A stretch of 35,969 bases of DNA from Acidobacteriota bacterium. GTDB lineage: Bacteria > Acidobacteriota > UBA890 > WLXD01. The stretch covers positions 1 to 35,969 of the forward strand of contig CAXWPH010000004.1 in NCBI GenBank assembly GCA_963666055.2. The letters run 5' to 3'. Of this stretch, positions 17,875 to 25,885 are shown piece by piece. The translations under genes were made by a program, and so were the position numbers. The stretch's first letter is position 1. The number at the start of each line of letters is the position of its first letter. The notes under the pieces are model-generated. The model made no database searches. It saw nothing but the letters and a program-made list of their open reading frames with translations, and had not been told where the DNA came from.

Positions 17875-19047
17875 TCAACGCCCCAGCAGCTCTGTCAAGA
17901 AGCGGTCGTATTTCGCCGCGATTGCTTTCCAGGAGTAGTGGTCGCGGGCGTATTGTCCCCCGTGCCGGGCCAACGACGAGGCTAGCGCTGTATCGCGCAG
18001 CAGCAGATCGAGAGCTTCGCGAAACTCCCCAAAGTTGTGGTACCAGAGGCCACCGCCACCCCGCTGGCAATGCTCGACGTAGGCACCGCTGGTCGCATTT
18101 GCCAATACCGGAGTGCCGGCCGCGTTCGCCTCCAGGAGCACGATGCCGAAACTCTCGAGTGCCGACGGTGCGACCAGCACCGTTGCCTCCGCGAAGCGAC
18201 GACATTTCTCCTCGTGCGACACGAAGCCGAGAGCCTTGAGCCACGGCTCTTCCGGCAATTCCATAGCCACCTCGCCCATCAGCCACAACGTCGGTGACTG
18301 CCCGGTGTCGGAACGATACCGACGGATATACGCGATGAGCTCGCCTACCCCCTTGCCCTCTTCGATTCGTCCGGCATACAGCACCGTCGCGGCGCCCGGC
18401 GATGGCTCAACAGCCGTACGGGCGGCCTTGAGCAAATCCAGATCCTCGATCCCGACGCCGATAACGCGTGACGGTTGCCGAGCCTCTGGAAAGCGCCGCC
18501 TGACGAGCTCGACCTCGGCATCGGTGTTGAATACCAACCCCGCCGGGAGCCTGAACACCGCCTCATAGGTGTCGAGGTAGAAGGGCGCCTCGTCGTGTGC
18601 GGTGGGCACGAGAACACTACGCTCAGGGGCAACGTGGATGCCATGCACGGTTGGGTAGTAGAGGTAGGTGAAAAACAGCAGGACATCGGCGTCGCCGGTG
18701 CCGGCGTGTAGGTAGTCGACGAGCGTTGGTGCGAACGGCCCCTGCGCGTCGATCCAGGCGACCTCGTCGGCTGGGGTGGAGGGGCCGCAGAAGAGCTTGT
18801 CTGACAGGGTGTTGAAGTGCGGCATCTGGCGCTCGCGCTCGGTGCGGAAGCGGTGCACGCGCACGCCGTTGAGCATCTCCCTGCCGGCTGGATAGTGGTT
18901 GGCCCAGGTGCGGTAGGAATTAGCGCATGAGGTCAGTACCTGGACGTCGTGAAGCTCCGCGAGCCCCTCTGCCACCCCGCGACAGAGGCTCTCGGCGCCG
19001 CCGACCACATCGACGCCGTAGCGTTGCACGACCATGGTCAGCTTCAT
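17875..19047 (-). CDS. Glycosyltransferase family 4
   Basis: Motifs VVQRYG...GGAE, LVPTAHDE, LYAGRIEEGKG and PSALESFGIVLLEA (ExFGxxxxEA). The ATG at 19047 overlaps the upstream stop (ATGA). Confidence 0.9.
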   Translation of the reverse strand: MKLTMVVQRYGVDVVGGAESLCRGVAEGLAELHDVQVLTSCANSYRTWANHYPAGREMLNGVRVHRFRTERERQMPHFNTLSDKLFCGPSTPADEVAWIDAQGPFAPTLVDYLHAGTGDADVLLFFTYLYYPTVHGIHVAPERSVLVPTAHDEAPFYLDTYEAVFRLPAGLVFNTDAEVELVRRRFPEARQPSRVIGVGIEDLDLLKAARTAVEPSPGAATVLYAGRIEEGKGVGELIAYIRRYRSDTGQSPTLWLMGEVAMELPEEPWLKALGFVSHEEKCRRFAEATVLVAPSALESFGIVLLEANAAGTPVLANATSGAYVEHCQRGGGGLWYHNFGEFREALDLLLRDTALASSLARHGGQYARDHYSWKAIAAKYDRFLTELLGR

Positions 19048-20207
19048 GACGATCCCACCGGGGCAACAGGGGCGTCGTCGGCCGGTACGCCGGCGAGCTC
19101 GGCAAGCGCTGAGATCCATCGTGGGATCACGGCACCGGGCGTGAAACGCGCCATCCTTCGGCGCGCGTTGTGCCGGAGTCGCGCTCGTAGCGGCTGGTCA
19201 TGAGACAACACCCACAGTGCCTCGGCGACCCGCGGCGGGTCATCATCGGTGTAGGTCACCCCAGCGTCCCCGAGGGTCTCCGGTATCGCTGCTGCGTGGC
19301 GCGCCAGAATCGGCACCCCGAAGTGCATGGCCTCGATCAACGGCGCGCAGAAGCCCTCGTGGACACTGGTGCAAAGGTAAACGTCGGCGGCACGGTATAG
19401 GGTCACGAGCTCCCGATGGGACACGCGCCCGAGGAACACGACGCGCCGGCACCCACTACGTGGGCAACTGGTACATCGAGGGTTGATCAGGTCAAGTTCG
19501 TCGAACAGATGCATCAGTGCTGTCGTATAGGCTCCCAAACCCTTCCCGCCACCGACGATGTAGAAATGCGACGAGGGATGCACGTAGCGGTTGTAGTAGG
19601 CGGCGATCCGCAGGAAGTCCTCGAGACGCTTGTTGGGCGACAGTCGCCCGACGGTCATGAAGACCTGACCGGGCCATGCGAGCTGCTCGGCGAAGACCGG
19701 CTCCGACTCGACGTCATAGCGCTGCAGGTCGATCGGCAGGGGCAGCGTCGTCGTCCTCGAGAACCCCACTCTGCGGAGGTCTGCGGTGTTGTACTCGGAC
19801 ACGCCAATCGCCAGGTCGACGCCCTCGGACCGCGCTAGCTCGACAAGCTGATCGCGACCTGTCTTGGTCAGGCGCGCCACCTCCGGGCACAGCGGAAGCA
19901 GCATCTCCGGCGGCGTGAGGTTGTGGTAAACGATTACCCGCTTGCCGGCGCAATCAAGCAAGGTGTTGTCGAGCGGCGAGGCCAGTGCATAGTGAAGGAT
20001 GGTCACGTCGGCGCTTCCGGGTGGCTCGAACGCGCTCAGTGGTTTGACGCGTCCCGCCAGCTCGCGGTCGATGGTCAGCGCGTAAATCCCGGCCTCGAAC
20101 CCGGCACGCTCCAGGCCAGCGGCGAGGTGCAATGCGGAGTCGCCGGTCGCGTCGCGCACGTGCGCCGCCGGCAGCAACTGATCAACGCGGATACGTCGAG
20201 CGGTCAT
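19044..20207 (-). CDS. Glycosyltransferase family 4 (with a Cys-rich insertion)
   Basis: Motifs YHNLTPP, VSEYN, VGRLSPNKRLED and SVHEGFCAPLIEAMHFGVP. Confidence 0.9.
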   Translation of the reverse strand: MTARRIRVDQLLPAAHVRDATGDSALHLAAGLERAGFEAGIYALTIDRELAGRVKPLSAFEPPGSADVTILHYALASPLDNTLLDCAGKRVIVYHNLTPPEMLLPLCPEVARLTKTGRDQLVELARSEGVDLAIGVSEYNTADLRRVGFSRTTTLPLPIDLQRYDVESEPVFAEQLAWPGQVFMTVGRLSPNKRLEDFLRIAAYYNRYVHPSSHFYIVGGGKGLGAYTTALMHLFDELDLINPRCTSCPRSGCRRVVFLGRVSHRELVTLYRAADVYLCTSVHEGFCAPLIEAMHFGVPILARHAAAIPETLGDAGVTYTDDDPPRVAEALWVLSHDQPLRARLRHNARRRMARFTPGAVIPRWISALAELAGVPADDAPVAPVGSS

Positions 20208-21283
20208 ACGTCGACACCGATCCCGTTCAGGTGCGCGAAGAGAATCTCGAGGACGCGCTGTGGGTCCACCTGCTCGAGTAGCTGACGCTGCCGCGTCAGC
20301 AAGCGTCGGCGCAGATCAGCGTCGGACAGAACGCACGCCACGGTCTCGCTGACGATGGCGGGGTCCTTGTCTTCCAAGAGAAGAACGCCACCACCGGTGG
20401 AATAGGGGACCGCCGCAGCCGAGAACGCGATGACCGGTATGTCGCCATGAATGGCTTCAAACAGCGGCACGCAGAAGCCCTCGTGCTCGGAGAGGCACAC
20501 GAACACGTCGGCGATCCGATAGTAGGCGCGGAGCTCCTCCTCAGAGACGTGGCCCACGAAGCGGATACCGACGCTACCAAGGTCTCCCATGAGCTTTTGC
20601 AACGCGTGGTGGTAGCTGGCGAATGGCCCGTACTCGCCAACGATCAATAACTGTGCACGGTGGTCGATGTAGCGCTGGTAGTAGACGAACGCACGGATGA
20701 GGTCCTCGAAGCGCTTGTTGGGAACGACGCGACCGACGAACAGCCAGGTGGTTCGATCTTCCTCGTTCAGCTCAAGCACCATGCGATCAGCCTGGGCGTC
20801 GAGGTGATCGAGGTCGAGCAACAGCGGCAGCACGCCTGTGGGCTCGAAGCCCAGCTCCTCGAGCTCTTGACGGTTGTATTCGGAATCGCCCAACGCCAGC
20901 GCCGTTCGCTCCCGTAAACCGGCGAGCTGTAGCCGTCCGGCCGCGCACGCGTGCGCGATGCCCAACTGGTAGGGGATGAACCATTCGGCCGGAGTGATGT
21001 TGTGATAGATGAGCACCAGTCGATCGTCGATTTCTCGAGCCAGCTTCGAAACCGCTGATCCCATCGAATAATGCAGCAATACGACGTTGTCGGGGCTGGC
21101 GACCTCGCGGTACTCCAGGAAGGGCCGCACCTCGAAGCTCATACGTGGGTCGACCAGCTCCGCGAAGATCTCCGACTTGTGCCCGGCGTCGCGAAGGGCG
21201 TCACGGATTTGCATCGCCTCGTTGCCGATGGCGTCACCGTAGGCTGCAGAGATCGAGAGCTGGTGAATCGCTGCCGGCGTCAT
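20204..21283 (-). CDS. Glycosyltransferase family 4
   Basis: Motifs GDAIGNE, YHNITP, GDSEYN, VGRVVPNK and SEHEGFCVPLFEA. Start at 21283 (MTPAAIHQL) by alignment with its neighbour. Confidence 0.9.
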   Translation of the reverse strand: MTPAAIHQLSISAAYGDAIGNEAMQIRDALRDAGHKSEIFAELVDPRMSFEVRPFLEYREVASPDNVVLLHYSMGSAVSKLAREIDDRLVLIYHNITPAEWFIPYQLGIAHACAAGRLQLAGLRERTALALGDSEYNRQELEELGFEPTGVLPLLLDLDHLDAQADRMVLELNEEDRTTWLFVGRVVPNKRFEDLIRAFVYYQRYIDHRAQLLIVGEYGPFASYHHALQKLMGDLGSVGIRFVGHVSEEELRAYYRIADVFVCLSEHEGFCVPLFEAIHGDIPVIAFSAAAVPYSTGGGVLLLEDKDPAIVSETVACVLSDADLRRRLLTRQRQLLEQVDPQRVLEILFAHLNGIGVDV

Positions 21284-21311
21284 ACGGTCACCCGGCGGGA
21301 GCTCATCGCAG

Positions 21312-22391
21312 TCACACTTCGACGCCGATGTCGCGCAGCTGGCTGAACAGCAACTGTACGACACGGTCGGCCTCGAGCCCGTCCAGCACGCGTCGCTGTC
21401 GGGCCAGCAACCGCGTTCGCAGCGCCTCGTCCTCCAACACGCACGCTACGGTCTCGGCGACGAGCGCCGGCTCCTTGTCCTCCAGCATCAACACGCCGCC
21501 GCCAGTGGAGTAAGGGATAGCGGTCGCCGCCAAAGCGATCACTGGCAAGCCAGTTCGGATTGCCTCGAACAACGGCACGCAGAATCCCTCGTGCTCCGAT
21601 AGGCATACCAAGACATCCGCCACCCTGTAATAGGCATTTAGCTCGGAGTCCGAGACGTGCCCGACGAAGTGAACATCGGTTGCGGCGATCTCTGCAGCGA
21701 ACCTCTGCAACTCGCAGTAGTAGGGAAGGATGTGGCGGTGCTCCCCGACGATCAGTAGCCGAGCGCCATCGTCGACGTAGCGCTGGAAGTACGTGAATGC
21801 CCGCACCACGTCCTCGACACACTTGTTGGGTGCCACACGCCCAACGGCTAGCCAGGTGGTCCGGTCGTCGCTGTAACGATCGAGCACGAGTTGGCTCGCC
21901 GGCCCGTCGAGACCGTCCAGATCGAGCAGCAGCGGTACCACCGCCGTGCGTTCGAAGCCGAGCTCCTCGAGCTCCTGGCGGTTGTACTCGGAATCGCCCA
22001 GAGCGAGGGCGGTGCGGCCGCATAGCTTGGCGAGCTGCAGTCGACCGGCGGCGCAGGTATGAGCGATTCGTAGCGAGTATGGTGCGAACCACTCGGGCGG
22101 CGTGATGTTGTGGTAGATCAACACGAGGCGGTCGTCGAGCCCAGCCACCATCTTCGATATCGGAGAGGCCATCGAGTAGTGCAGCAGCAACACGTTGTCC
22201 GCGGATGCGATGTCCCGATACTCGAGGTAGGGATGCACGTCGTTACCCATGCTGGAGTCGAGGAACTCGACGAAGATCTCTGACTCGTGCCCGGCGGCTC
22301 GAAGCGCTGAGCGAATCTGGCGCATCTCGTTGCCGATGGCGTCGCCGCGCGCCCCGGAGATCGACAGCTGATGAATGCCGCGGGGCTTCAT
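21312..22391 (-). CDS. Glycosyltransferase family 4
   Basis: Same motifs as 20204..21283 (GDAIGNE, YHNITPP, GDSEYN, VGRVAPNK, SEHEGFCVPLFEA). A close paralog. Confidence 0.9.
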   Translation of the reverse strand: MKPRGIHQLSISGARGDAIGNEMRQIRSALRAAGHESEIFVEFLDSSMGNDVHPYLEYRDIASADNVLLLHYSMASPISKMVAGLDDRLVLIYHNITPPEWFAPYSLRIAHTCAAGRLQLAKLCGRTALALGDSEYNRQELEELGFERTAVVPLLLDLDGLDGPASQLVLDRYSDDRTTWLAVGRVAPNKCVEDVVRAFTYFQRYVDDGARLLIVGEHRHILPYYCELQRFAAEIAATDVHFVGHVSDSELNAYYRVADVLVCLSEHEGFCVPLFEAIRTGLPVIALAATAIPYSTGGGVLMLEDKEPALVAETVACVLEDEALRTRLLARQRRVLDGLEADRVVQLLFSQLRDIGVEV

Positions 22392-22427
22392 CCGATGTTG
22401 CTGGCTGTTCTGGATGATTCGCCCACG

Positions 22428-23702
22428 TCAGCTCGTACTTTGCCTCGGACCGCGCCGGGCCGAGTCATCCGCCTGCAGCCGGGTCAGCATGGTCTCGTAT
22501 TTGTCGTCGATCGTCGGCCAAGTGTAATTCGCCTGGTAGTAGGCGTGCCCGCGCTCTCCGAGGCTGACCCCGAGGCGCGGATCCTCGGCCAGCAAGCGCA
22601 CGCATTCCGCGAACTCGGCGCTATTCCGATACCACACTCCACCGTTGCTGCGTTGCGTCTGACCTCGGATCACGTCGCAGTGGGCGTTTACCACCACCGG
22701 ACGCGACAGCGCCCACGCTTCTAGCAGGACCATCGAGAGGCTCTCGTAGAACGACGGCATCACGAGCGCCGTCGACGCCGCCAGGGCATCGTACTTCTCT
22801 TGCTCGGAAACGCGTCCGAGGTGAACGATCGCCGGGTGCTTCGGTATCGGCATCATGGAGCTGCCGGCGAGCACGAGCCGCGGAGGACGCACACTTTCTT
22901 CCTGGAGGCGCTCGTAGGCTCGCAGGTAAAAGTCGAACAGCTGCGCGCAACCCTTGTTGTGGTCGATGCGGCCGATGTAGAGCAGAAACGGTCCGTCCAC
23001 CCCACGCGTGGCGCGGAAGCGAGCGGTGTCGACCGGTGGAGGCTCGACGATCCCGACCCCTACGACCACGTCGGGCACCGACTCGTTCCCAGAGTGGCGG
23101 CGGATCAAGGCGCGCTCCTCGTGCGAGTTGTACATGATCGCCCGCGCCGACCGGAACACGGCGCGGTACAGAGGCAGCTCGATGGCGGGGTCCGGTTCGG
23201 CGGTGGGGACAAGCACGCCTTTACCCTCGACCGCCTGCATTGCGCGCCAGGTAGTCCAATACCGATAGGAGAAACAGATGAAGTAGTCGAACGTGTCGCG
23301 ATGGTGCTCGATCCATCGAAGCATCCTGGGCGTGTACGGACCCTGGGCATCCATCCAGGCGCGCGCGGTGCGCTCATCGTACTGACGATGAAAGACCCTC
23401 TCCTGTAGCCGCCCGAAGCGCTGTGGGTCGCGGGGACGCCGCACTGGAAATCGGTAGACCGGGATGCCATCGACATTCGAGAGTCCGCGCGGATAGTGAT
23501 TGCGCCAGGTTACGTAGTCTGACGCGCAGGTGGTTACGACCACCAAGTCGTGTTTCCGGGCGAGCCGCTGGGCAATCAGCCGAGCGTGAAGCTCGGCGCC
23601 TCCAGAAATCTCCGCACCGTATCGCTGGACAACAATAGCGAGGCGCAATCGTTCAGCAAGACGTGCCGGTAGACACGTCGTTGCCGTGCTCCGCGAGCTC
23701 AT
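22428..23702 (-). CDS. Glycosyltransferase family 4
   Basis: Motifs VVQRYG...GGAE, LVPTAEPD, LYIGRIDHNKG and PSFYESLSMVLLEAW. Paralog of 17875..19047. The start is uncertain (overlaps the upstream ORF by 50 nt). Confidence 0.88.
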   Translation of the reverse strand: MSSRSTATTCLPARLAERLRLAIVVQRYGAEISGGAELHARLIAQRLARKHDLVVVTTCASDYVTWRNHYPRGLSNVDGIPVYRFPVRRPRDPQRFGRLQERVFHRQYDERTARAWMDAQGPYTPRMLRWIEHHRDTFDYFICFSYRYWTTWRAMQAVEGKGVLVPTAEPDPAIELPLYRAVFRSARAIMYNSHEERALIRRHSGNESVPDVVVGVGIVEPPPVDTARFRATRGVDGPFLLYIGRIDHNKGCAQLFDFYLRAYERLQEESVRPPRLVLAGSSMMPIPKHPAIVHLGRVSEQEKYDALAASTALVMPSFYESLSMVLLEAWALSRPVVVNAHCDVIRGQTQRSNGGVWYRNSAEFAECVRLLAEDPRLGVSLGERGHAYYQANYTWPTIDDKYETMLTRLQADDSARRGPRQSTS

Positions 23703-24147
23703 CGATGCGCTCTGAAAGCTCCTGCACCCGGCAGTGCAATGCGGCGTTCTCGAGCGTTAGCTCGTAAATGGCGTGCGCCATTCCGAGGTTGATCTTGAAC
23801 TGCTTGTGCAACGGCGCATCGAGGTTGACGAGCACCTTCACGAGAGGGCGAGCTAGCCGGCGGACGGTACTGATGAGTGTGCCGATCGGGCCGTCATGCG
23901 ACGCTCGCAGGTCGGCCGGAGCAATGTTCCAATCGCCCGCGAGTCGTAGTGTTCGCTGCAGCTCGTAAGGCTGCTCGTCGGCGAGGTCGAGGTTTTGCCG
24001 TAGCCGCTGCAGTAGATCGGGCGAGTCGACGGTCGGGAAGGTGGGCTCGTTCCCGGTTCGAGTTGCCGCGCGGGCTCGCACCTGTTCCATCAAGCGAGCA
24101 ACGTCGATGTGCTCGTAGTCGATCTCATAGTCGTGGTTGTCGGACAT
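23653..24147 (-). CDS. Hypothetical protein with amphipathic and coiled-coil-like segments, first gene of the GT4 run
   Basis: Co-oriented with and overlapping the first GT. Sequence includes IDVARLMEQVRARA, LISTVRRLARPLVKVLV and a C-terminal heptad-like LTLENAALHCRVQELSERIDEL. Confidence 0.7.
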   Translation of the reverse strand: MSDNHDYEIDYEHIDVARLMEQVRARAATRTGNEPTFPTVDSPDLLQRLRQNLDLADEQPYELQRTLRLAGDWNIAPADLRASHDGPIGTLISTVRRLARPLVKVLVNLDAPLHKQFKINLGMAHAIYELTLENAALHCRVQELSERIDELAEHGNDVSTGTSC

Positions 24148-24294
24148 GATGCTCGCAAGGAGGTTGCGGGCCGCGCCAAGGTTTCGGAACGCGGCGTAAT
24201 CTTAGCAGCGCACGCGGTACCGTCGCGGCCGTCTCAGCGTAGGCGGAGGATTGCGCAGCCCGCATGCCGATCAAGCGGCGTACCATGGCCGAAC

Positions 24295-24334
24295 AAAAGG
24301 CGAGCCGCCGCAGGATACATTTCTGCGGCGGCTC
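24295..24334 (-). terminator. Rho-independent terminator downstream of atpE
   Basis: Perfect 12-bp stem GAGCCGCCGCAG/CTGCGGCGGCTC (24302-24313 and 24323-24334). On the minus strand it is followed by GCCTTTTG. Confidence 0.7.
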
Positions 24335-24372
24335 CCGACCGGTGACGGCGGCCAACAGGTACCGCCGCCGTC

Positions 24373-24702
24373 CTACATCTCCGGCGCGAACTGGAAGATC
24401 AACAAGATCGCAATCAGCAGCGCGTAGATCGCCAGTGACTCGATGAGCACCAAACCGAAGATCATCGAAGCCCTGATGGGACCTGCAGCGCTCGGGTTTC
24501 TTGCGATGCCTTCGAGAGCGGCGGCGATGGCGCGGCTCTGGGCGAGACCGCAACCAGCCGCTGCGATTGCCATACCCAAGCCCGCTGCGAGCGCGACCGA
24601 GCTGCCGACGTTGTAGTTGTTGGCGGTTTCCTGCGCCAATGCGAGGTTGGGGGTGAGTAGCGCGAACGCGGTGGCCGCGAGGAAGGCGAGCCGCTTGGAC
24701 AT
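24373..24702 (-). CDS. atpE: ATP synthase F0 subunit c
   Basis: Loop GIARNP and ion-binding IESLAIY. AAAGGAG RBS before the ATG at 24702 (109 aa). The ORF track start at 24999 is too early. Confidence 0.96.
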   Translation of the reverse strand: MSKRLAFLAATAFALLTPNLALAQETANNYNVGSSVALAAGLGMAIAAAGCGLAQSRAIAAALEGIARNPSAAGPIRASMIFGLVLIESLAIYALLIAILLIFQFAPEM

Positions 24703-24749
24703 CGAAATGCTCCTTTCCAGAGGGGGCCGGGCCGGACCAGGCTTGCGGC

Positions 24750-25445
24750 CTAGTGCCCGTGCTCCAGCGAGCCGGCGATGTAGAGCATCGACAGCATCAC
24801 GAAGACGAACGTCTGCATGAACGACACGAATACGCCTAGCGGCGCGAAGATCACCGGCAGGCCAATTGGTAGCAGGAAGAAGAAAACACCGGCGAGGGTG
24901 TGCTCGGCGAACATGTTTCCGAAAAGCCGGATCGACAGAGAGATGGGTCGTGACAGATGGCTGAGGATCTCGATTGGGATCATCAAGGGTGATAGCCACA
25001 CCGGGTCGCCGATGAACTGCTGCAAGTAGCGTGTTCCCTGTGCGCGGATGCCGACGAAATTGTAGATCAGGAACGAGCAGACGCCGAGCGCCGCTGTAGT
25101 GTTCAAGTCCGCGGTAGGTGGTTGCAACCCGGGGACGAAGCCCACCAAGTTCGACAGCAGGATAAACAGCGCGATCGGTCCCATCACCTTGGCGTACTTA
25201 CGGCTATTCTCGCCGATGAAGGCGTCGCACATGGTGTTGATCGACGCCACGCCGATCTCGAGCATCTGCTGTGCGGGGCCCGGGTTGTAGATCGAGAAGC
25301 GCCGCGCCAGCAAGGGTAGGGTCACCAGCGACAACGCCACCACGAACCACGCCATGACGGCCTGATCGCTGATGAACCCAGGGCCGAAGACGGCGTCAAG
25401 GCCGCCGTGCAGCCAGTTATAGAGGGCAGAGACCTCGTGCTCCAT
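24750..25445 (-). CDS. atpB: ATP synthase F0 subunit a
   Basis: Motifs NLVGFVPG, PTADLNTT, RPISLSIRLFGNM (essential Arg) and QTFVFVMLSMLY. Confidence 0.96.
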   Translation of the reverse strand: MEHEVSALYNWLHGGLDAVFGPGFISDQAVMAWFVVALSLVTLPLLARRFSIYNPGPAQQMLEIGVASINTMCDAFIGENSRKYAKVMGPIALFILLSNLVGFVPGLQPPTADLNTTAALGVCSFLIYNFVGIRAQGTRYLQQFIGDPVWLSPLMIPIEILSHLSRPISLSIRLFGNMFAEHTLAGVFFFLLPIGLPVIFAPLGVFVSFMQTFVFVMLSMLYIAGSLEHGH

Positions 25446-25462
25446 GACCGTATTTGGGCGAG

Positions 25463-25864
25463 TTAGGAGCGGCGATCAGCGCCGATGGAGAGGTCGATCG
25501 CTTCCAGAAAGACCGCGATAACCAGAATCGAGAGCCCCAGGGCGACCGGAATCGGCCCCACGCCTGGCAGCAGGACGATAGCATAGAGTCCCATACCCAG
25601 CAACACATACCGGCCAAGCAGAAGCACCGCCTGGAGTGCTCCCGGCGCTTCCCGATCGGTCCCCAGGATGCCGTCCGCCGTTGCCACTAACCCCTTGAAA
25701 TTCAGTAACATGAGGATTCCAGACAGAAGCAGCCCAGCGACCTGAGCGAGCGACCATGTGGTGGCCCCGACGACGATCACCAGGGCGATAAGAGCGTTGA
25801 TCGAATTACGCCTCAGACGTCGAATCAGGGCGTCTGTTTTGTCCGTGGCGGGTGGTCTGCGCAT
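25463..25864 (-). CDS. atpI: ATP synthase subunit I (4-TM AtpI/UncI)
   Basis: About 4 hydrophobic segments (LMLLNFKGL, LLGRYVLL, ALGLSIL). Lies immediately upstream of atpB. Confidence 0.75.
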   Translation of the reverse strand: MRRPPATDKTDALIRRLRRNSINALIALVIVVGATTWSLAQVAGLLLSGILMLLNFKGLVATADGILGTDREAPGALQAVLLLGRYVLLGMGLYAIVLLPGVGPIPVALGLSILVIAVFLEAIDLSIGADRRS

Positions 25865-25885
25865 TGGCGTGTCAGCTATCCGTCG

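Noticed and set aside
24703-24999. Long N-terminal extensions in the ORF track for atpE (and likewise nuoM, nuoJ, the second exbD and tonB)
   Set aside because: They overlap upstream genes. Downstream ATGs give family-typical lengths, and several have clear RBS motifs.
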